Positions 10,005 to 21,399 of a stretch of 32,052 nt of DNA are shown piece by piece. Origin of the DNA: Octopus sinensis (lineage: Eukaryota); NCBI RefSeq assembly GCF_006345805.1, contig NW_021832620.1, positions 1 through 32,052 of the forward strand, in the 5' to 3' direction. A program made the translations under genes and the position numbers. The notes under the pieces are model-generated. The model was not told where the DNA came from and made no database searches. It saw nothing but the letters and a program-made list of their open reading frames with translations. Positions within the stretch are counted from its first letter, which is position 1, and every line of letters starts with the position of its first letter.

Positions 10005-10555
10005 TAATATAACCCAATCAATGCATATAAATACGAACAATATACATACTCATGAAGCGGAACGGCTCCACAGCGCAAATACACACTGTTTGCACTTATA
10101 TACAGAATAAAAATTTTCAAATCTGGTTTCGTTTAATTCGGCCACGTGTTAATAACCAAATAATTCAGTAGTGAATAATTTTGATTTGAGTGAAATTATA
10201 TATTTTTAATATATTTTAAAAATTAAAGATAAAATCTATATTAGATTTTATCAGCATGAAATCAGCCGGTTAAGGTTGATTATATATGTATATGTGTGTG
10301 TGTGTGTGTTTATTCACCACTACCACATGGTTTGTTTACGTTGCCGTAAATCGCGGTTCAGCAAAAGTGAACGCTAAAATAGATACATGACTTTAAAAAT
10401 AAGACATAAAATATGTGTATGGGAGTGAGTGTGTGATTGTATGTGAGTGTGTGTGTGTGTGTTTGTGCGTGTAAGTGTATCTCAATTTGTGTGTGTGTAT
10501 GTTTGAGTATGCTCGTGTGTGTGTGAGTGGGCACATTTGTATCTTTTATCGTTTA

Positions 10556-10935
10556 TGTTTTACTTGTTTCAGCCATGTGGCCAAGCTGGAGCAGTCTTGA
10601 AGAATTCTAGTCGAAGGAATGAACCCCAGTACTTATTATTGCAAAGCCTTGTACGCATTCAACTGATGTCTTTTACCCAACCGCTAAGTTATGGGGACGT
10701 AAACACACCAAGATCGGGTATCAAGTAGTAGTGGAGAACAACCAGACACAAAATCACACACACATATGCACACACTCACACATGTACGACAGGCTTCTTT
10801 CAGTTTCCGTCAATCAAATCTTCTCCGAGAGCCTTAGTCGGCTCGAGAATTCATTTGCTCAAGATGACCCCCCCTGTGGAACTGAATCCAAAATTATGTC
10901 GTTGAGAAGTAAACTTACCATGCATCCACGCCTCT
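10556..10935 (-). mobile_element. SINE-A, old diverged copy
   Basis: TTTTACTTGTTTCAG tail, CCGCTAAGTTATGGGGACGTAAACACACC, GGCTTCTTTCAGTTTCCGT, GAACTGAATCC. Confidence 0.85.
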
Positions 10936-11380
10936 GTAATAAGACACAAACGCATTCCACAGGAGTACATTATAAATTACGTTAGCGCAGTTTATCTTTT
11001 ATTGGAATCTAAGTTCTCTTGAATCATAAATCAAAGTTGTGTCACCGATTAATTAAATCATTGCAGCGAGGAAGTAGCGTGACAAAATATAAACAAAAAT
11101 ATTTATAAAATATAATCAATCGTTATGTTTGCTTGGTTGCTAAAGCCTGTTATTAAATGCTTTACACGTTTACACATGCACATTGAATTACATAAAACAC
11201 GTGATATACTCATCCATTCACGTGCAAAATACTTGACATTTTCGTGTTTTTAGTTTCATATGTTTAGAACACACAACATAAGGGTGTCACACATGATAAA
11301 ATTATGCGATGTTAGCACACGGTTGCATGAATATATCAGTTTCTCCAGATGAGTTTGTGACGTATTTTGAGACTAATGCA

Positions 11381-11381
<1 letters not shown>

Positions 11382-11454
<73 letters not shown>

Positions 11455-11716
11455 TCTCCTGTTTATTGAGTAGGCTTTACATCGACTGTAAACACAGAAA
11501 TGTTCAATATTACATCCACCATCCATCAATCCACGAAGAAGAAGAAGAAGAAGAAGAAGAAGAAGAAGACAAAAAAGAAGGGGAGGAGGAGAAGAAGAAT
11601 ACAAACGCATCAAAGCATGTGTGGGTGTATGTGTAGGTCAGTATCTATGCCTGCCTGTATGTGTCTATGTATACATATGTAAGCCTCTGTATGTATGTGA
11701 GTGTGTGTGTGTGGTG

Positions 11717-11801
<85 letters not shown>

Positions 11802-11845
11802 CATATATATATATGTTATATATAAACACACACACACACACTACA
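11382..11845. repeat. Cluster of (CA)n, (CT)n, (GAA)n and (TA)n microsatellites
   Basis: Seen directly. Confidence 0.95.
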
Positions 11846-12137
11846 CTAGAATATAATGAAGAAGCAGCAGCTGCTAATCCACCACTGGTTCTGACTGGAA
11901 ATGTCATTTACATGTTTTTCCTGTCCACCTTATTAGACATGTCCAATAGATAGAGACATGCCGCCTCCAGCACGACCATACACCACCGCCGCTGCCACCA
12001 CCACCACCACAGCCACCAACATCATCATTATCATCATCCACATCATCATCATTATCATCATCACCAGCACCACCAACCATGGTGAAATGTCGAAATGGCT
12101 GAATATTGCACAGACGTGTACTTTTAACATAATCTCA

Positions 12138-12178
<41 letters not shown>

Positions 12179-12222
12179 TAATAATGATAATGATAATGAT
12201 AATAATGATGATGACGATGATG

Positions 12223-12283
<61 letters not shown>

Positions 12284-12286
12284 TAA
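12138..12286. repeat. (AAT)n/(GAT)n trinucleotide repeat
   Basis: Seen directly. A (CAG)n/(AAC)n run also lies at 12725-12816. Confidence 0.97.
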
Positions 12287-12883
12287 CTAGCGTGACATTG
12301 TGGGATAAGGGCAAAGAATATTGATTTACAGCTGTTGACCATTTGACGGTCCGAAACCCAATTTACTTCTGTCCGTTTTCATTCAGAGGTGACGTGAAGT
12401 CGAACCAGGAACGTCATGGTTGCGAAGAGAACTTCTTACTTAGCCAGATCTGATCTGCCACTTCCCCAACCGCCATCAGTATCGCTACTCAAGGACCCTT
12501 AGCTACATGTGAAAAATGAATGTGAGATCCTCTGCTTCGTTTCCCATGCTGCTTCAAATAATAACCATATCTCCCTCGAAACATGGTTTTACATTTGAAA
12601 TGAATAACACATTGGTTGAATGTAGTCCTAGTTATACTATTCCTGAAACTAATGAAAGAAGTCTGGAGAATGGTTTTGGCTTCAAGGTGTCTGACTAGAG
12701 GTCTGACTTGTGATTTATCGAACACCAGCAGCAGCAGCAGCAGCGGCAACAGCAGCAACAACAACATCAATGACAAGAATAACATTAACAATAAGAACAA
12801 GAACAAGAACAACAAGTGATTCTCAGCCGTGCTAGGTAGCCTTACTCTATCGTTTCTATAACGGCCAAATTCTTTTGTCCAGT

Positions 12884-13087
12884 ATCTCTTTTACTTGTTT
12901 CAGTCATTTGACTGTGGCCATGCTGGAGCACCGCCTTTAATCGAGCAAATCGACTCTGGGACTTATTCTTTGTAAGCGTAGTAATTATTCTATCGGTCCC
13001 TTTTGCCGAACCGCTAAGTTACGGGGGCGTAAACACACCATCATCGGTTGTCATGCGATGTTGGGGGGGACAAACACAGACACACAA

Positions 13088-13143
<56 letters not shown>

Positions 13144-13410
13144 TTATTGAAATGGATAAATGAATTATCTTGTTACGGATTATTCAAAATTTAACCGATA
13201 CATGGGTAGCAAAAATCACAACAGAAAAAACACGGTTGAAGTTACGACCGACGGGCTTCTTTCAGTTTCCGTCTACCAAATCCACTCATAAGGCTTTAGT
13301 TGTCCCGAGGCTACAGAAGACATTTGCCCAAGGTGCCACGCAGTGGGACTTAACCCTGAACCATGTGGTTCGTAAGCAAGCTACTTACTACACAGCTACT
13401 CCTACGTATA
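12884..13410 (-). mobile_element. SINE-A, full length, with a ~100-bp unrelated insert in its internal microsatellite
   Basis: Near-consensus tail and head; unique sequence 13145-13248 lies between (CA)n(TA)n and CGACGGGCTTCTTTC. Confidence 0.92.
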
Positions 13411-13680
13411 CATAATTTGTCGGCAAAATAAGTAAAGTCTGATTTTGTAGGTCTATACTCCAAGATATACGTATTCTCCTGCATAGTGAAATACTGTTTA
13501 ATAAACTCCGTTAAGCTGCAGTTTATGACTATGGAGTGTAATGGAGTATTTCTTAAGTGTTTAGTCAGAGAGGAAACTACGGCGTTTATGGATTTTTTTC
13601 TAAGTCCTCAGTGATTTGTCGGTAAAGAGAAATCGCTTTCAAATCAGATCTAATCCAATTGCTTTGAAACCAAGTGTATA

Positions 13681-13909
13681 CCTATTTCTTTACTACCCAC
13701 AAGGGACTAAACACAGAGAGGACAAACAAGGACAGACAAACGGATTAAGTCGATTATATCGACCCCAGTGCGTAACTAGTACTTAGTTTATCGACCCCGA
13801 AAGGATGAAAGGCAAAGTCGACCTCGGCGGAATTTGAACTCAGAACGTAACGGCAGACGAAAATACCGCAAAGCATTTCGCCCGGCGTGCTAACGTTTTT
13901 GCCAGCTCG
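13681..13909 (-). mobile_element. SINE-B, full length
   Basis: Revcomp of 15047-15274: CGAGCTGGC head, GTTCAAATTCC B-box, GTCGACTTTGCCTTTCATCC central domain, AAAGAAATAGG tail. Confidence 0.92.
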
Positions 13910-14023
13910 TTTTGCCAAGAACCAGGAGGCGGAGTGGAAGTGGGCGGGGGGCGGGTCATCTGTTCCAGTGAGTTCTAGTATTGGCCACAAAATAGGTGGC
14001 ATAAGCATTACGTTATTTATACA

Positions 14024-14150
14024 ATGGTTTCAAATTCTGGCACAATGCCAGCAATTTGAGGGCGGAGTGGGGGTAAGTTGCTTAAATGACCTCAGTGCTC
14101 AAATGGTACTTATTTTAACGACCCCGAAAGGATGAAAGTCAAAGTCGACC
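14024..14150 (-). mobile_element. SINE-B-related subfamily, 3' fragment
   Basis: Shares GACCCCGAAAGGATGAAAG.CAAAGTCGACC but has a different tail (CAAATTCTGGCACAATGCCAGC). Confidence 0.7.
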
Positions 14151-14154
14151 GTTT

Positions 14155-14425
14155 ACCATTGTAATGATGTCTGGTACCAAACGCATTATTACAGCTACTT
14201 TCATTGCTTACAGTCTTCTGTATCGGTGTCTTTGTGTACACCAACAAATAACAACAAAATGTTAGAAAGGCGGAAGGGTCAAACAAAAAAATCGCTGTAC
14301 CAATGTATTTGTGTGTCAGTAAATAACCACGTTGTAACGAAGTCTGGTACCAAAAAAATTATTACAGCTACTTTCATTGTTCACAATCTTTTGTAACGGT
14401 GTATTTGTGTATCAATAAATAATTA
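14155..14425. repeat. Diverged direct repeat, period about 172 bp
   Basis: GTCTGGTACCAAA....TTATTACAGCTACTTTCATTG occurs at about 14168 and about 14340. Confidence 0.85.
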
Positions 14426-14427
14426 TA

Positions 14428-14949
14428 GGTAAATATTTCGTAAAGGACCCATTCGTACCTCAGTGTGAAATAATTTTTTGCACAGGTTTTTTTCGAGTGC
14501 ATTCAACGTATCTGACCTCCAAATCCGCCGCATGCCACTTTTTTTCCGAAAAGAAAGGGGGACGAGGTAAAAAAATTATTTCACAGCGAAATATCGGCGG
14601 GTCCTTTATCGCAAATAAACTGTTCCGTGACAGTAAGTCGTGCTACAAATAGCAACCAAATCTTTCCTTTTGTTGGGGAAAAGGAGCCGTTTACATGAAT
14701 TCGATCTCCCCATTCGTTGAAAGTATGTAAATAACCTGGAAAAGAAAAACAAAAGCCCGCGAAACAAAACTCCGTTGGTGGGGAAACTCCGAGGTCACAC
14801 CACCTTTCCACTCCTTTCTTTTCCGGAAAATGTGGTTTATAGCGGGTTTGGAGTCATATACGTTGAATGCACTCGAAAAAACTCGTACAAAAAAAAATTA
14901 TTTCACCCGAAATATTTAACCCCCGAGTGAAACCGGATCCTTCTGCTTG
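14428..14949. mobile_element. Non-autonomous DNA element with ~95-bp inverted arms and a Helitron-like 3' end
   Basis: 14465-14560 is inverted at 14812-14906 (GTGAAATAATTTTTT..TTTTTCGAGTGCATTCAACGTAT.TGAC..CAAA.CCGC). It is followed by the hairpin CCCGAGTGAAACCGG, a spacer and CTTG-T. No TSD found. Confidence 0.55.
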
Positions 14950-15046
14950 TTCATTAATAAATTCTATAATGACATTCTGACCAGGTCAGAAAACAGCAAG
15001 TCATTGTTTCTCCTACCCTTATCTTTGATGGAATTGCAACTATTGC

Positions 15047-15274
15047 GGCGAGCTGGCAGACACGTTAGCACGCCGGGCGAAATGCTTAGCGGTAATTCGT
15101 CTGTCGTTACCTTCCAAGTTCAAATTCCGCCGAGGTCGACTTTGCCTTTCATCCTTTCGGGGTTGATAAATAAAGTACCAGTTTCGCACTGGGGTCGATG
15201 TAATCGAATTAATCCCTTTGTCTGTCCTTGTTTGTCCCCTCTATGTTTAGCCCCTTGTGAGCAGTAAAGAAATA
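15047..15274 (+). mobile_element. SINE-B, full length
   Basis: GGCGAGCTGGCAG head, GTTCAAATTCC B-box, central GGTCGACTTTGCCTTTCATCC, tail GTAAAGAAATA. Confidence 0.92.
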
Positions 15275-15329
15275 TATTATGTATATTTATGCTTTAATGT
15301 TTGACTGGACAGAGAGGGAAGAGAGATAG

Positions 15330-15950
15330 AGTTGTTTGGGTGCTGTTGTAAAGTTGTGAAGTGTTGTTGAAGTGTCTGGACTGACTAGAAGAGATGTTGT
15401 TAGGATGGTGTTGTAGTGTTCCGAGGAGTTTGTAGCAGTGTTTAAATGAATGGGAGAGTTCATGTTGTTAGGATGGTGTTGTAGTGTTGTGAGCTGTTGT
15501 GTTGGGATCTGGAATGAAAGGGAAAAATAGTGTTGTTTGGATGGTGTTGGTGGAGGCGCAATGGCCCAGTGGTTAGGGCAGCGGACTCGTGGTCGGAGGT
15601 TCGCAGTTTCGATTCCCAGACCAGGCGTTGTGTGTGTTTATTGAGCGAAAACACCAAAAAGCTCCACGAGGCTCCGGCAGGGGGGTGGGGGTGGCGACCC
15701 CTGTTGTGCTCTTTCACCCGAACTTTTTCTCACTCTTTCTTCCTGTTTCTTGAGTAACGCTGCGATAGACTGGCGTCCCGTCCAGCTGGGTGGGGGACAC
15801 ATACGCTATAGAAACCGGGAAACCGGGCCCATGAGCCTGGCTAGGCTTGAAAAGGGCGCATAAATAAAAAAAAAGATGGTGTTGTGAGGTTTTGAGTTGG
15901 GGTCTGGAATCAGTGGAAGAAACAGTGTTGTTAGGATGGTGTTGTAGTAG
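15330..15950 (-). repeat. Degenerate relative of the 25.8-27.3 kb satellite, interrupted by SINE-C
   Basis: GTTGTTAGGATGGTGTTG is the revcomp of CAACACCATCCTAACAAC. TCTGGAAT...AGTGTTG at 15508 and 15903 matches the revcomp of 27316-27342. Confidence 0.65.
15550..15874 (+). mobile_element. SINE-C, full length, A-tailed, 10-bp TSD
   Basis: A-box TGGCCCAGTGG (15562), B-box GTTTCGATTCC (15606), AAATAAAAAAAAA tail, and TSD GATGGTGTTG at 15540-15549 and 15875-15884. Confidence 0.93.
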
Positions 15951-16557
15951 TGGGTAATTTAGTGGTAATTAAATGTGTAGTAACAAGAAGTGTGGGGGCT
16001 GAGTTTACTGAGGCAACAAACTTTGCCCTTAGTATGTCCAAATGGACATACTAGTTTATTTTGTATTTTAGTTTCACAGCACAGGTGTTGTGGAAGTGTG
16101 ATCTGTGTACAACCTCTTATGATGTATAGCGTACTGTCTTATATGCACTTTGTTGAGGAAGAGACACAGTTTGGCTTTGATGTCATTGTTGTTGCTCAGT
16201 ACCAGGTCAGCGTGACAATATATAAGAAAAAATATTCCTAAATACCAACAATTAGTAGGGAGGAGGATGATAGAAGTAGAGGTGATGAGGGTGTGATGGC
16301 GGTGTGATGAAGATGTGATGACGTATGAGGCTGGTGGTACTAGTGGTGGTGATGATGGTGTTGGTAATGGAAGTGTGATGGTGGTGGTGATGGTGGTGGT
16401 GGTGGTGGAGTTGGAGGGGTTAATAATAGTAGTGGTTTTCGGTGATTATAAATTAAGGGATGATGAAAGCTGGCTGACAACTGATTGGGATGGATGTGGA
16501 AGATAGCTGGTGGGCTGGCTGATTGGTTAAAGAATGATGGGTGTGGTTTGAAGGAGA

Positions 16558-16559
16558 GT

Positions 16560-16614
<55 letters not shown>

Positions 16615-16872
16615 CGGTTACTACTCCTAGCAAATCGTGCAACTGCTTAACGGCCATTTACGTGGGTTGGCTGGCTGCTTAGCTCGTTGATTGGTCGGTT
16701 GGTCGGTCGGTCGGTTGGTTGGTCGGTTGGTCGATCGGTTGGCTGGTCGGTTGGTTGGTTGGTCATCTGAGTGGACAGGATCGTGCTGACATTTCATTGT
16801 CTTACTGGATGTCAGGAACAAAGCGGTCGAGATTTTGTACTAATGGAAATGTCAAAGAGGCGGGAGAAAGAG

Positions 16873-16906
<34 letters not shown>

Positions 16907-17023
16907 TAGAAAGAGAGAGAGAGAGATAAGAAAAATGAGAGAGAGGAAGGATGAGTTGGGGAATGGGCTGGAGAGAGAGGTAGTGACGTAGAGAATAAGA
17001 GGAGAGACAATAACATAAGCGCA

Positions 17024-17068
<45 letters not shown>

Positions 17069-17145
17069 GAGAGGAAGTTATACTGTGAGAATAAGAGATT
17101 AAGAGGAAGAGAGAGAGAGTGAGAGAAAAAGAAAGAGAAAGAGAG
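16558..17145. repeat. (GA)n arrays and a (TGGT/CGGT)n tetranucleotide run (16665-16765)
   Basis: Seen directly. Confidence 0.95.
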
Positions 17146-17271
17146 ATGTATATACATATGGATAGACATAGACACATACGTAGTATGCGTGCGCATGTCT
17201 ATGTATGTCCGTACATAATCCATGTACAAAATCTATAGACATGAACTTAATTACACTAACATTTACAATGA

Positions 17272-18215
17272 AGAAGACGTGGTCGTGTGGTTATGATACA
17301 CGCTTCGTAGCCACGTCGTTGAAGGTTTGATCCGATTAACCAGCACATTGGGTAGAGATCTTCTACCGGGTCTCTTCAGTTTCGCTTACAGATTTTAAAA
17401 ATTAAGTTTTTTTAACTAAACAATTTGAAACTTCCTATACTGGTGTAATTTCTCACGCTGAACACGGTTTATTTTTAACATTTTTGATAAAATTTCGTAT
17501 TTTAGAAGTTATTTCGTGCTAAAGTTGTCGTATTTGAGTAATTTTAACCAATCAAGGACGTGTATTCAGCTGAAGAAAGCTACTGCTATATGCGATATTA
17601 ATCGGAGAGCAACAATTTCCGGGTCATCTGTACTAAATGTCACGACTGTGTTCTATTTTATTTTTGTTTAGTGCCTGTGTTGCATATTACACGCTTTTTG
17701 TTTTGCTTTTCGATCGCCTCTTTGTACGAGTGGTGAAAATGCAAATGTACGAAGATGCGATCGAAAAAAAAAACCCAACCTCGCCCACCCCACAAAAACA
17801 AAGCGTGTAATATGCAACACAGCCAGTAAACAAAAATAAAATAGAACAGAGTGGTGTCATTTAGTAGAGATGTACCGGAAGTTGTTGCTCTTCGATTACT
17901 ATCGCATACAACGGTAGCTTTCTTCAGCTGAATAAACGTCGTTGATTGGTTAAAATTACCCAAATACGACAAGTTTAACACGAAATAACTTCTAAAATAC
18001 GAAATTTTGTCAAAAATGTTGAAAGTAAACAGTGTTCAGCGTGAGAAATTACACCAGTATACAAAGTTTCAAACTGTTCAGTTAAAAAAAAAGTAATTAC
18101 AAAATATGTGAGCGAAACTGAAGAGATCCCTTGTACCATAGCTTCGTATTTGGCCAATAAACCTGAGTGGAGACAGGGTCAAATTAAGACCAATAGAAAC
18201 CCGAAGCACTTAAAA
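17272..18215 (+). mobile_element. Old SINE-A 5' half, split by the foldback insertion
   Basis: Joining 17272-17367 to 18138-18215 restores ...GCACATTGGG....ATCTTCTACC|ATAGC...TGAGTGG...AGAAACCCG, collinear with the other SINE-A copies. Confidence 0.75.
17368..18129. mobile_element. Foldback/MITE DNA transposon, 762 bp, almost entirely palindromic, 8-bp TSD
   Basis: Arms of about 360 bp pair from GG(G/A)TCTCTTCAGTTTCGCT inwards to a 19-nt loop (17728-17746). TSD CTTCTACC / CTTGTACC. Confidence 0.93.
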
Positions 18216-18259
18216 GATTTTGGTGTCCCCATATATATAAAAATCAGAATTTTGAAGAA

Positions 18260-18564
18260 CTGGCACTCCGTCGGATGCGACGATAGTGGTTCAGTTGATC
18301 CGATCAATGGAACAGCCTGCTCGTTAAAATGAACTTGCAAGTGGCTGAGCACTCCACAGACACGCGTGTCCTTAATGTGGTTCGTAGGGAAATTCAGCGT
18401 GACACGGGATGTGACAAAGCTGGTCATTTCAATTACAAGTACTGTCATTTTTGCCAGCTGAGTGGACTGTGGCAACAAGAAAACTAATTTTCTTGCTCAA
18501 GGAAACAATGCGCTGCCAAGCATCGAACTCACGACCTTACGAGGTGAATATCCTAACCACTGAG
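18260..18564 (-). mobile_element. SINE-D (tRNA head, CCTTGAGCAAG central motif, LINE-like tail)
   Basis: Revcomp reads CTCAGTGGTTAG...GAGTTCGATGC...CCTTGAGCAAG...GTCCACTCAGCTGGCAAAAATGA...CCGACGGAGTGCCAG. Confidence 0.85.
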
Positions 18565-18584
18565 TAATTCAAAATATAAACATA

Positions 18585-19172
18585 GGCGCAGGAGTGGCTT
18601 TGTGGTAAGAAGCTTGCTTCCCAACCACATAGTTCTGGGTTCAGTCCCACTACGTAGTACCTTGGGTAAGTGACTTCTATTATAGCCTTGGGTCGACCAA
18701 AGCCTTGTGAGAGGATTTGATAGATGGAAACAGAAACAAGCTCGTCGTGTATGTATGTATGTAATGTATGTATGTATGTATGTACGTACGTATGTATGTA
18801 TGTATGTATGTATGTATGTATGTATGTATGTATGTATGTATGTATGTATGTATGTATGTAGGTAGGTAGGTAGGTAGGTATGTATGTATGTATGTATGTA
18901 GGTATGTTTGTATGTATGTAGGTAGGTAGGTAGGTAGATAGGTATGTATGTATGTATGTATGGATGCATGCATGTATGTATGTATGTATATATTTGTGTT
19001 TCTGTGTTTGTTCCCCGTCCATCACTTGACAACCGATATTGGTGTGTTTACGTCCTCGTAATCTAGCGGTTCAGCAAATAGACACCGATAGACTACGTAC
19101 TAAGCTCACAAAGAATAAGGTGGTGCTCCAGCATGGCTGCAATCAAATGAGTGAAACAAGTAAAAGAATAAA
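18585..19172 (+). mobile_element. SINE-A, full length, with a ~240-bp internal (TATG)n/(TAGG)n and a ~30-bp deletion in the 3' half
   Basis: GGCGCAGGAGTGGCTTTGTGG head, GGTTCAGTCC, ACCTTGGGTAAGT, tail GAAACAAGTAAAAGAATAAAAG. Confidence 0.93.
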
Positions 19173-19864
19173 AGAAAACAATAATAAACTACAATATATA
19201 TATTTTTTAGTTTTCAAAATGAAATAAAAACTTACATTAAAATACAAAACAACGTTTATTTGAAACAACGTTAAAAGTAAGATGGAGAATAATATTTACC
19301 TTTGTATAAAATTCCACTTTATTTATATTTGAAACGTTTTCTCTTTTTAATTACAAAATCTTTGATCAGATCCTCACTATGACATCATGAACACTTCCAA
19401 ACTATACACCGATCATACAAACCACTTCGAATATTATTTTAGCAAGTTTAAGCGATTTCTTTTGTACCGTAAACCATTTACTATTTCTGGGGTACCTCTC
19501 TCCCATTGATGCTCTGAGCATGTGATTATTTTGCTCGATGGTTAAGGGCAACTGTATTGGAGTTGGGTTGGCTCTTTCGTGTATTAGAGATGAGATTCTG
19601 CAATTTCTATCACTCTTCTTATATAATACAGTCATCATAATGAATTTAATTACAATTTTAACTATCATTTAATTAAGTTAATATATTTATTGGATTCCTT
19701 TGTAGTAAATGCCTCGCTTTCTGAAGGAAATGATATGAAAAGAATATGTATACATACATGAATATATATGTGTGTGTGTGTGTTGTGCGTGCGTGTGTAT
19801 TTGTGTGTAAATGTGTGTACATATACATATATACACATATATATATACACACACACAAGCATAC

Positions 19865-19914
<50 letters not shown>

Positions 19915-19991
19915 TCCGTGTTACGATAAACAGTGTTTCAACGAAGGAAGCTTTACGTAATGGACGCCAGTAACTATTTTAAACCATTCTA

Positions 19992-20311
19992 TTTATTATA
20001 TCGTTCTCTTTGCCGAATACCTAAGTTGTGGGGACATAAACGAACCAACACCAATTGTCAAGTGGTAGTGGTGGACAAGCAAGTCACAAGGACACACATA
20101 TACACGAATGCGCACGCACGCACGCACACATACACATACAGAGACTTATATATGTACTAGGGGCTTCTTTCAGTTTTCGTCAACCAAATCCACTCACAAA
20201 GCTTTGTTCGGCCCGAGACTATAGTAGAAGACACTCTCTCAAGGCCCCACGCAGTGGGACCGAACCTAAAACCATGTGGTTGGGAAGCTAAATCCTTATC
20301 ATATAACCATA
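19992..20311 (-). mobile_element. SINE-A, 3'-truncated
   Basis: GGGCTTCTTTCAGTTT...CCACGCAGTGGGACCGAACC...ACCATGTGGTTGGGAAGC. Confidence 0.88.
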
Positions 20312-20315
20312 TGTA

Positions 20316-20465
20316 GGCCATGTGATAAGAAGCTTGCTTCCTAACCACATGGTTCCGGGTTCGGTCCTACAGTATGGCTCCTTGGGCAAGTGTCTACTAC
20401 TATAACCTCGAGCCGACCAAAGCTTTGTGAGTGGATCTGGTAGACGGAACTGAAAGAAGCCAGTC

Positions 20466-20502
<37 letters not shown>

Positions 20503-20742
20503 TATATATATATATGTTTGTGTGTGTCTTTGTGTTTGTCCCCCTTCCATCGCTTGACAACCGATGTTGGTGTGTGTATGTTCCCGTAAGCTAGCGGTTC
20601 GGCGAAAGAGACCGACAGAATAAGTCGGCAAAAGAGACCGACAAATATTAAGTCCTGGCATCGATTTGTTCGACTAAGGGCGGTGCTCCAGCATGGCCGC
20701 GGTCAAATGACTGAAACAAGTAAAAGAATAAAAGAATACAAG
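20316..20742 (+). mobile_element. SINE-A, near full length, with a ~25-bp internal duplication at 20600-20645
   Basis: AAGAAGCTTGCTTCCTAACCACATGGTTCCGGGTTCGGTCC...CCTTGGGCAAGTG...GACTGAAACAAGTAAAAGAAT. Confidence 0.92.
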
Positions 20743-21399
20743 AATGCATATACTGTTCACCAGTATGTGTAATTTAGAAGGACTTAACGAACCGGTGCTT
20801 TTGAATAGAAGTCTCTCCAGTGATATCTCTTTCTCTTGTGTTTCGCAGACATTCTTTATCTTTTAATGACGTCAATGGTCATCCATTTTCAGTTACCACC
20901 CAACAACACGATTACTCGATCTGCTAGGAATAGCAACCAATACCTCATTTCTTCATTGTTTAACATTCTTAAACAAGGAAGAAATGATTAGATTAATGTG
21001 GTTGCTAAATATATTATGTCTTAAAAACAAGTGGGATGGTCACATCTGAAGAGCCCTTATTTCATAGGTTTATTCAATGAAGGCTGGTCTGTGAGCACCA
21101 CCACCAACACCACCACCACCACCACAAACAAAAACAACAGCAGTACCACCGCCACTACCTCTACCTTCATAGCAGCAGCATCACCACCACCACCACCACC
21201 ACCACCAATACCACCATCACCACCGCCACTTTCACCAGCAGCAGCAACATCAGCATCACCAGCACACTATCACCACCGCCATCTTAACCACTACCAATAA
21301 TCACAACCGTCTCTCGGAAGTGAGTAGGACTTGGTAACGTGTCCCATACTCTTTAAATTTGGTTTAGGAACCTATGTCATAGCGAACATTTAGTTGGTA

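Noticed and set aside
15550-15625. tRNA genes at the SINE heads (also 27359, 15047, 18564)
   Set aside because: A and B boxes are present, but there is no complete cloverleaf and each continues into a SINE body and tail.
16280-16440. GGT/CAC-rich stretches (also 1660-1820, 11960-12080, 21090-21300, 24880-25340, 27780-27890, 28290-28410) as coding for Pro/Thr/His-rich proteins
   Set aside because: They are cryptic trinucleotide simple sequence without splice or homology support.
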